The notes beneath the pieces were generated by a model. The model was not told the origin of the DNA, searched no databases, and saw only the letters and a list, made by a program, of their open reading frames with translations. DNA of 64,000 nucleotides from Fibrobacterales bacterium (GTDB taxonomy: Bacteria > Fibrobacterota > Fibrobacteria > Fibrobacterales > JAOPTW01), in the NCBI GenBank assembly GCA_051532055.1, contig JAOPTX010000015.1, forward strand, positions 153,334-217,333, given 5' to 3'. Shown one piece after another: positions 47,640 through 55,400 of the stretch; position 1 is the stretch's first letter, and the number at the start of each line of letters is the position of its first letter. A program made the position numbers and the translations under genes.

Positions 47640-48332
47640 TTAAAAAGTAGTTTCTATTGATTTCCAGATAGATTTCGCGATTTTCTTCTCTGTTATTGGT
47701 TTTTGACTCATGTTGATAGCATTCATGATTCGATTGTTTTTGTTCACCGATTGGGTAAGCTTCAATACGCCATCCATTTCAAGATAAGTACCAAATGCAT
47801 TGTTCTCAATAGTAGCACCTTTCACAGATACCTCTCCATTTGCAACAGTAATACCATAGCGGTTCTCGGTAAATGACCCACCACTAATGTGAACATCCTT
47901 AGAATTTTCGATCCATACACCATAATGGTTATTGATAAATTGACTCTCTTTTAATGTACCGTGAACATTGAGAAATGAATTTTTAAAGCCGTTCATAATC
48001 ACAACATAATTCATGACAATTGGTGATTGAGACCCATTAATATGCAGTCCAACCCAATGATTACTCGGGTTCTCGGCATGAAAAACAATGTTTTTTTGAG
48101 GGGTACCAAGAAATCGGATATGGCCTCTCAGGAGGAGCTTTGTGTAGTTTCTAAATTTGAGTACAACACCACCTTCAATCGTAAGAGTGTCTTCAGTATT
48201 GTTAAAAAGGTTTTCGTCGATTATATAGGGGCTATCACCCTGGTGAAGATAGACAGAACCCTTAAGAGAGGTTAGTATGGTGTTGGCATTGAGAGTTGTA
48301 ACGAGTAGCGCAATTGATAAAAATTTTATCAT
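47640..48332 (-). CDS. secreted parallel beta-helix repeat protein
   Basis: Signal peptide (MIKFLSIALLVTTLNA), and PbH1-like repeats of about 22 aa (NNHYGVWIENSKDVHISGGSFTENRYGITVANGEVSVKGATIENNAFGTYLE). Confidence 0.6.
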   Translation of the reverse strand: MIKFLSIALLVTTLNANTILTSLKGSVYLHQGDSPYIIDENLFNNTEDTLTIEGGVVLKFRNYTKLLLRGHIRFLGTPQKNIVFHAENPSNHWVGLHINGSQSPIVMNYVVIMNGFKNSFLNVHGTLKESQFINNHYGVWIENSKDVHISGGSFTENRYGITVANGEVSVKGATIENNAFGTYLEMDGVLKLTQSVNKNNRIMNAINMSQKPITEKKIAKSIWKSIETTF

Positions 48333-49123
48333 GGAACCCTCTGAAGTGTAACAGACTGAATAATTTGATAATTTGGGAATAGCTTGTTTGCAATTTTAAG
48401 ACTGACAGTTCCGGAAATATCAAAATTGCCAAACTCCAGATCACCATCATCAATGTTAAACACAAGAGAACCTTGGCCAAGAATAAAATTATCTTCTGCT
48501 ATCATTAGTGCACTCTCTTCTATTTTGTATTTAAGAGTGGTTAAAATTTTGGCAAATGACTGATCACCATTGGAATAAATATCATTGACTTTAAACCATT
48601 TATAAAGGTAGTTGCTCCTGTTTTCTCCTGTAGGAATTTTGAGTTGCTTTTCCCAGGTGTCCCCGATGTATGTTTCATGCCTGGGGAGAGATGGCTGAAT
48701 TTTAAGGAGGATGTTTGCGAGGTTAAAACCTGATACTTCCATTTCATCTGCAGCATTATTTTTTTCAAAGTCCTTGATTTCACCATAGGGATTAATTTTA
48801 AACTCAGATTTTTGAGAAAGAAGATAGTGCTCAATATGACGACACTCTTCTACGGTATATTGATTAGATCTGAAATCAATAGAGTCTATTCCGATTAAAA
48901 ACCGGCTGGTTTTGTCGTCAAAAGCTGATAGCAATGATTTGGTGAAGTAGATTTGCGCTTCACTAAAGAAACTACTCTCAGAGTCACCCGAAATCAGTTG
49001 GAGCTTTGTTTGTAAGAAATAATGACGTGGGGTTTCAGAAGTAAGATTAAAAGAGAGTTGTTTTGTCTCTTTTTGACACGCTGTAAATATGAGGATTGTT
49101 AATAAAAGGAGTGTTTTACCCAT
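48329..49123 (-). CDS. hypothetical lipoprotein
   Basis: Lipobox LIFTAC and beta-rich character. Overlaps the next gene by 4 nt (ATGA). Confidence 0.55.
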   Translation of the reverse strand: MGKTLLLLTILIFTACQKETKQLSFNLTSETPRHYFLQTKLQLISGDSESSFFSEAQIYFTKSLLSAFDDKTSRFLIGIDSIDFRSNQYTVEECRHIEHYLLSQKSEFKINPYGEIKDFEKNNAADEMEVSGFNLANILLKIQPSLPRHETYIGDTWEKQLKIPTGENRSNYLYKWFKVNDIYSNGDQSFAKILTTLKYKIEESALMIAEDNFILGQGSLVFNIDDGDLEFGNFDISGTVSLKIANKLFPNYQIIQSVTLQRVP

Positions 49124-49127
49124 TAAG

Positions 49128-49736
49128 TTAGTCTTCGCTAAAATCTATTGTAACATTTGTTAAATTTAAGTCTTTTAGCTGCGACTTTTGGGATAAATTT
49201 CGATACTCATCATTATTCTGGATGATTAACCCAAGTATTTTTGCACAATCTTCAGCTGTTTCTGCTACAACGAGCTCCTCAATATCTGGTGAAAATAGAT
49301 AGAATTTACCATCTTTTTGCCATTGAAGGGTTTTGATATTAGCTTCATCAAGTGCTGTTTCAACAATGGTTGGTTTCTTGATTTGTGAAGTAATAATCTC
49401 TTTGAGCTCATCAGGTGGAGTTGTTTTTAGAATACATTGATTGATTTTGTAGTTCTTAGCTTTTTTGGTAATGGTTTTATCAAATTCAGCTGAAGTAAGA
49501 AGAATAGGGGTGCGTTTGTATTGAGGAAGTTTGCGGATTTTTGTTGCGAGGTCAAATCCAGTGATACCTCCACCAAGATTATATTCTACAAGGAATGCAT
49601 CAAAAGTGTGTGATTTAATTAATTTCAAGGCATCCTGAACATTATTGGCAGGAAAAGTCTCTGCAATATCACTCAGATCTTTGGAGGTTTGCGCAGTTGC
49701 CTCTTTGCTGTCATCTAAATGGAGTATGTTAAACAA
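49128..49736 (-). CDS. single-domain receiver protein with Glu at the phospho-acceptor position plus a C-terminal domain of about 80 aa and unknown function
   Basis: CheY-like landmarks are present: LHLDDS (acidic pair), FLVEYNL (E51 where the Asp is expected), ILLTSA (Thr) and ILKTT (Lys). TTG start 4 nt after GAGGTGA. Confidence 0.7.
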   Translation of the reverse strand: MFNILHLDDSKEATAQTSKDLSDIAETFPANNVQDALKLIKSHTFDAFLVEYNLGGGITGFDLATKIRKLPQYKRTPILLTSAEFDKTITKKAKNYKINQCILKTTPPDELKEIITSQIKKPTIVETALDEANIKTLQWQKDGKFYLFSPDIEELVVAETAEDCAKILGLIIQNNDEYRNLSQKSQLKDLNLTNVTIDFSED

Positions 49737-49789
49737 CGGTCACCTCACAGTTTATAACAAGTGGTAGTACTATTTTATTGGTTTATTGT

Positions 49790-49817
49790 ATTATACTTTC
49801 GGCTATTATGCACTGAA
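49790..49817 (-). promoter_or_regulatory. candidate promoter TTCAGT-N16-TATAAT for the seven-gene operon
   Basis: Read on the minus strand, directly downstream of the trxB terminator and about 50 nt upstream of the TTG start. Confidence 0.3.
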
Positions 49818-49823
49818 AAATGA

Positions 49824-49856
49824 TAAAAAAAGGGGAGTTTCTAAAAAAACTCCCCT
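49824..49856 (-). terminator. rho-independent terminator of trxB
   Basis: 10-bp stem AGGGGAGTTT/AAACTCCCCT with a minus-strand T-run (plus-strand AAAAAAA at 49824-49830). Confidence 0.7.
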
Positions 49857-49913
49857 AGATTCAAATGGTGGCCTTCAAAAAGCAGTCAACATTAAGTTTT
49901 GCTTAAAGGTCGT

Positions 49914-50858
49914 TTATGTTTGGTCGAGTAAAAAGTGCTCTGCTTCTAGAGCAGCCATACAGCCAGTACCTGCGGATGTGATCGCCTGACGGTATTTACT
50001 GTCTTGCACATCACCAGCGGCAAATACACCGGGTACAGTAGTTTTAGTAGTGCCTGCTTCAGTTACAATGTAGCCTGTTGAGTCTGTCTCAACTTGTCCA
50101 TTCAAGAAACCAGTATTCGGAGTATGCCCAATTGCATAAAAGAGGCCCTTGGCTTCGATTTTTGTTTGCTCTCCCGTTTGTGTATCTTCACACACAACAT
50201 GTGATAATGTAGTCTCTCCAAGTGTCTCTTTGGGGACGGTATTCCAAAGAATTTCTATTTTATCATTATCAAAGGCCCGTTTTTGCATAGCTTTTGAGGC
50301 CCGGAGTTCGTCACGACGGTGAACGAGATAAACTTTTGAGCCAAATTTAGTAAGATGTACTGCTTCTTCTACTGCAGAATCACCACCACCAATAACCATG
50401 AGTGGAACATTTTTAAAAATGGGAAGTGCACCATCACACACAGCACAAGCCGATATCCCTTTCTGCCAATAGAGATCTTCACCAGGGAGGTTCATACGGC
50501 GGGCAGTTGCACCCGTTGCAATAATGACCGTTTCTGCTTCTAATGTCTCTCCACCTTCAACGGTTAACAGAAAGGGGCGCTTTGATAGGTCGGCAGATTC
50601 AATAGTTTCTGTCCGAATTGTGGTGCCAGAATTAACAGATTGGTCACGCATTTGGAACATAAGTTCTGGACCAGAGATACCAGTGGGGAATCCAGGGAAA
50701 TTTTCAATTTCTGTAGTGGTTGTAAGCTGTCCACCTGCTGCAATACCACCAGCCATAAACCCTTCAAACATTATAGGGTTGAGATTTGCTCTACCTGCAT
50801 AAATTGCGGCAGTATGCCCTGCTGGGCCAGATCCGATAATAACTACTTTTTCAGCCAT
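49914..50858 (-). CDS. trxB: thioredoxin-disulfide reductase
   Basis: Contains VVIIGSGPAGHTAAIY, the redox motif CAVCDG, and GGGDSAVEEA. The ORF is open from a TTG at 50873, but the ATG at 50858 (MAEKV) is more likely. Confidence 0.9.
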   Translation of the reverse strand: MAEKVVIIGSGPAGHTAAIYAGRANLNPIMFEGFMAGGIAAGGQLTTTTEIENFPGFPTGISGPELMFQMRDQSVNSGTTIRTETIESADLSKRPFLLTVEGGETLEAETVIIATGATARRMNLPGEDLYWQKGISACAVCDGALPIFKNVPLMVIGGGDSAVEEAVHLTKFGSKVYLVHRRDELRASKAMQKRAFDNDKIEILWNTVPKETLGETTLSHVVCEDTQTGEQTKIEAKGLFYAIGHTPNTGFLNGQVETDSTGYIVTEAGTTKTTVPGVFAAGDVQDSKYRQAITSAGTGCMAALEAEHFLLDQT

Positions 50859-50975
50859 AATAATTCCATTCAATATTTTAATTTAAAAGTAATAATAACG
50901 AATTCTAGACAAAAGGGAAGGGTTGTAATAGTTACAGTATTGATTAAAAAAGCAAATACTACAAAGATAAATACT

Positions 50976-51002
50976 AAAAAAGGCCACCTCAATGAGGTGG
51001 CC
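50976..51002 (-). terminator. rho-independent terminator of gltD
   Basis: GGCCACCTC-AAT-GAGGTGGCC followed by a T-run on the minus strand. Confidence 0.75.
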
Positions 51003-51024
51003 CAAATAAGTAATGAGTATTTAA

Positions 51025-52482
51025 TTATGCAAAAAGGTTTGTATTTGCTTTCTGTTCAAGTTGTGAAGGACGTTTTTGTAAGAACTCATCAACTGAAACA
51101 GCACATTCTCTCCCTTGAGAAATGGCAGTAACCACGAGAGATTGACCAATATGAGCGTCACCACAGGTAAACACATTGTCCCCTGCAGTTGTTTTATAGT
51201 TGGTAAATGTTTTCACATTACCACGTTCATCATAATCGACACCAAGAGTGTCACAGAGGCCATCGTGTTGTGGGTGTAAAAAGCCCATCGCGAGGAATGC
51301 ACGTTCACACGGGATTTCTTTTTCTGAGCCCGTTACTTCAACAGGTTTTCCATCAGTCCACTGGACATCAACAGTTTTTACCGCTTTTAGGTTTCCATCA
51401 TCATCACCAATAAATTCTTTGGTCATGATGGAATAAAGCTGTTCCACACCTTCTTGGTGTGATGTAGTAAACTTTTTGACACGTGGATAGGATGGCCAAG
51501 GATTATTTGCTGCACGTTGGGCGGGAGGCTCAGGCATGAGTTCAAACTGTTTTACGCTTGATGCGCCATGGCGGTTAGAGGTCCCAACACAGTCCGATCC
51601 AGTATCACCACCACCAATAACAACTACATTTTTATCAGTTGAAAGAATATCTTCGCCTTCATACTCTTTGCCTTGTACACGTTGAGAATTTTGTTTGAGG
51701 TATTCCATTGCATAATAAACACCTTTAAGACTTCTGCCTGGAACAGGAAGGTCACGAGGGACTGTAGATCCAATAGCTAATACCATTGCATCGTAATCTG
51801 ATTTAATGTCTTCAATGGCAATATCTTTGCCAACATTGGCATTGATTTTGAATTCGATACCTGCTTCGACCATTACAGCTAAACGACGATCAATTATTGA
51901 TTTGTCGAGTTTGAAATCAGGGATACCATAACGAAGGAGACCTCCAATAGCATTATCGCGTTCGAAAACAGTTACTTTGTGACCAGCAGAATTTAGCTGT
52001 TCAGCAGCTGCAAGTCCGGCTGGGCCAGAACCGATAACTGCGACAGTTTTACCTGAACGAGGTACTGTACACTTTTTGTTAACCCATCCTTGTTTAAACG
52101 CTTCTTCTATGATAAAACGCTCAATATTGTGAATGGTTACTGGAGGTTGGTTAATTCCAAGAACGCAGCTTCCTTCACAAGGTGCGGGACATATGCGCCC
52201 CGTAAACTCAGGAAAGTTATTTGTAGAGCTAAGTATATCATAGGCTTCAGCCCAGTCTTCTTTATAGACAGCATCATTGAATTCAGGAATGATGTTCCCA
52301 AGTGGGCACCCATTGTGACAGAAAGGGGTACCACAGTCCATACAACGACCAGCTTGATCGTGGATTTTTTCTCCAAAATCTTCGTCTTTGTAGAACTCTT
52401 TGTAATGTTTTACACGTTCTTCAGCTGGTTGTTTACCTGGCTCTTCACGGTCAAAATTTAAGAAACCTTGTGGATTACCCAT
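51025..52482 (-). CDS. gltD: glutamate synthase (NADPH) small subunit
   Basis: Fe-S Cys clusters (CMDCGTPFCHNGCP, CPAPCEGSC) and GSGPAGLAAA. Overlaps the gltB stop by 8 nt. Confidence 0.9.
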   Translation of the reverse strand: MGNPQGFLNFDREEPGKQPAEERVKHYKEFYKDEDFGEKIHDQAGRCMDCGTPFCHNGCPLGNIIPEFNDAVYKEDWAEAYDILSSTNNFPEFTGRICPAPCEGSCVLGINQPPVTIHNIERFIIEEAFKQGWVNKKCTVPRSGKTVAVIGSGPAGLAAAEQLNSAGHKVTVFERDNAIGGLLRYGIPDFKLDKSIIDRRLAVMVEAGIEFKINANVGKDIAIEDIKSDYDAMVLAIGSTVPRDLPVPGRSLKGVYYAMEYLKQNSQRVQGKEYEGEDILSTDKNVVVIGGGDTGSDCVGTSNRHGASSVKQFELMPEPPAQRAANNPWPSYPRVKKFTTSHQEGVEQLYSIMTKEFIGDDDGNLKAVKTVDVQWTDGKPVEVTGSEKEIPCERAFLAMGFLHPQHDGLCDTLGVDYDERGNVKTFTNYKTTAGDNVFTCGDAHIGQSLVVTAISQGRECAVSVDEFLQKRPSQLEQKANTNLFA

Positions 52483-55400
52483 TAACAGCCTCCTTTAATT
52501 CGGCTTTTTTTCTTAGTAGTACCTTTTTATAATCAGTTGGCATTACTTTTATAAATTTCTCTAGGTTGTTTTCCCAGTCTGCAAGTATTGCTTCTGCAAC
52601 ATCAGATCCGGTAAAACTGTGGTGATTTTCAAGCATTGTACGAAGCATAATAATATCTTCTTCGTCTTTAGTATCAAATTCAACCATACCCATATTACAG
52701 TTTTTCTCAAAAGTGCCATTAGGGTTGTAAACATATGCAACACCACCACTCATTCCGGCAGCAAAGTTACGCCCTGTGTCACCAATGATAATTGATAAAC
52801 CGCCAGTCATATATTCACAACCGTGATCACCTATCCCTTCAACAACAACCTTGGCTCCCGAGTTACGTACGCAAAAACGCTCACCTGCAATTCCACGGAT
52901 ATACGCTTCACCTCTAGTAGCACCAAAGAATGCAACATTACCCACGATGATCTCATTTTTAGGATCAAAAGGAGCTTTTTTATCAGGGTACACTACAAGG
53001 TTTGCTCCCGAAAGACCTTTACCAAAGTAGTCATTAGCATCACCTTCAAGCTCAAAACGAATACCCTTTGCAGAGAACGCGCCAAAACTTTGCCCCGCTG
53101 ATCCTTTAAATTTAATGTGAATCGTATTGTCAGGAAGGCCTGCAGCATCATATTTTTTAGATATTTCATTTGATAAAATTGTACCAGTAGCTCGGTCTGT
53201 ATTAAGTATCTCGAGCTCTGCAGTAACCTTTTCTCCGCTTTCAAGAGAAGACTTTGCAATTTTAAGAAGTTTTTGATCAAGTACTACATCGAGACCGTGA
53301 TTCTGTTCAATTGAACAAAATTTAGTTTGGTTTTCATCACCTTGTTCTTTGTAGAGAATTGGGCTGAGGTCGATGTTTTTGTATTTCCAGTGATCAAATT
53401 TATTTGGCATTTCAAGACAATCAACTTGTCCAACCATTTCATTTACTGTTCTAAATCCAAGCTCTGCCATAATCTCTCTAAGGCCTTGAGCAAGCATAGT
53501 AAAGTAGTTTACAACGTGATCAGGGTTGCCGGTAAAACGTTTTCGCAACTCTTCATTTTGGGTTGCAACACCTACAGGGCAAGTATTCTCATGACACTTA
53601 CGCATCATAATACACCCTTCAACAATAAGCGCTGTCGTTGCAACACCCCATTCTTCGGCTCCAAGAAGAGCTGCTACAGCAATATCTTTTGGAGTTTTCA
53701 TATGGCCGTCTGCTTGAACAGTAATACGATTTCTGAGTTTATTGCGTACAAGTGTTTGATGGGCTTCGGCAAGACCGAGTTCCCAAGGAAGACCTGCGTG
53801 CTTAATGGAACTGAGTGGCGATGCACCAGTACCACCATCGTGCCCAGAAATAAGAACAACGTCAGCTTTACCTTTACATACGCCTGCAGCAATCGTACCA
53901 ACACCCGCCTCAGATACGAGTTTTACATTGATTCGTGCAGCGCGGTTTGCATTTTTAAGGTCATAAATAAGTTGTGCGAGATCTTCAATAGAGTAGATGT
54001 CGTGGTGAGGTGGAGGTGATATAAGACCAACACCTGGTGTGGAGTTACGGGTAGAACCAATCCAGTCATTTACTTTGTGACCAGGTAGGTGTCCGCCTTC
54101 TCCGGGTTTTGCACCTTGCGCCATTTTAATTTGAATTTCATCTGCATTTGTGAGGTAGTAACTATGTACGCCAAAACGTCCTGATGCAACTTGTTTAATT
54201 GCAGAACGCATTGAGTCGCCATTTTCCATCGGTTTAAAACGCCTTGGATCTTCGCCGCCCTCACCAGAGTTTGATTTACCGCCAATACGGTTCATTGCAA
54301 TAGCAAGAGTAGTATGGGCTTCCCAAGAGATCGAACCAAAAGACATGGCACCGGTTGCAAAGCGTTTGGTGATTTTTTCTACTGATTCAACTTCGTCAAG
54401 GGGGATACTTCCCTTAGATTTAAAGTCCATAAGTCCACGAAGCGTATATGCTTTTGTAGCATCTTCATCAGAGACTTTACAGAACTTTTTGAACGTGTCG
54501 TAATCGTTATTTTTAGATGCTTCTTGAACGAGTGAAATCGTTTCTGGATTAAACTGGTGATCTTCACCACGGTGTTTCCATTGGTATACTCCACCCACAT
54601 CAAGACGTGGATTAGGGATATGTGCTTCAGGAAATCCAATTTTATGTTTCGCAAGAGTCTCTTTGGCAATGTCGTTAAGAGTAAGCCCTTGGATACGAGT
54701 TACCGTTCCAGTAAAATAGAGGTCAACAACTTCTTTACTTATACCAACAGCTTCAAAGATTTGTGCAGCTTGATAGGATTGTAAAGTCGAGATTCCCATT
54801 TTTGAGAAAATCTTAAGAAGGCCACTGTTGATGGACTCTGCGTAATTTTCAAAAAGTTTTTCAGCGCTATATTTCTCTTTGAGTTTATCCGTTTCATTAA
54901 GATCAACGAGAGTTTCAAGTGCGAGATATGGGTTAATAGCAGAAGCGCCATAACCAATAACCGTTGCAAAATGGTGAGTTTCAATAACATCTGCTGCTTC
55001 AACAATAATATCTGCCTTGCCACGAAGTCCTTCACGGATTAAGTGGTGATGTACAGCTGCCGTTGCAAGAAGTGATGGAATACCTGCGTGGTCACTGTCG
55101 ACGCCACGATGCGAAAGACAGATAATAGAGAACCCATCCTCAACAGCATCTACTGCATAACGGCAAATTCTATCGATAGCTTTTTTGAGTGTTCCCGCTT
55201 GATCAATAGCGCGGAAGGTAATATCAATAGTTTTTGTTTGAAAGTGATCATTATCAATATATTTCAATTTTTCAAGATCAGCATTACTAAGTACTGGGTG
55301 TTCTATCTCAACTTTATGACAGTGACGTGCGGTCTCATCAAGGAGGTTTTGTGATCCGCCCACATGGGAATGCAATGCCATAACCATACGTTCACGAATT

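Noticed and set aside
43495-49736. Calling the stator operon a canonical Zorya type I or type II system.
   Set aside because: Only the ZorA-like and ZorB-like core architecture is visible. No large helicase/nuclease-size ORF (ZorD-like) and no HNH motif protein (ZorE-like) is present. Three of the partners are exported or receiver-type proteins, which are not part of described Zorya loci as far as I know. It is therefore reported as Zorya-like or novel, not as Zorya.
50640-51131. A 163-aa plus-strand ORF spanning the trxB start and the gltD end.
   Set aside because: It is antisense to two well-supported genes and crosses a terminator hairpin, so it is not credible as a gene.
53327-54019. A 230-aa plus-strand ORF.
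   Set aside because: It lies entirely antisense within the highly conserved gltB coding region and has no motif. The other short ORFs antisense to gltB, gltD, trxB, ilvB, cusA and the giant genes were rejected for the same reason.
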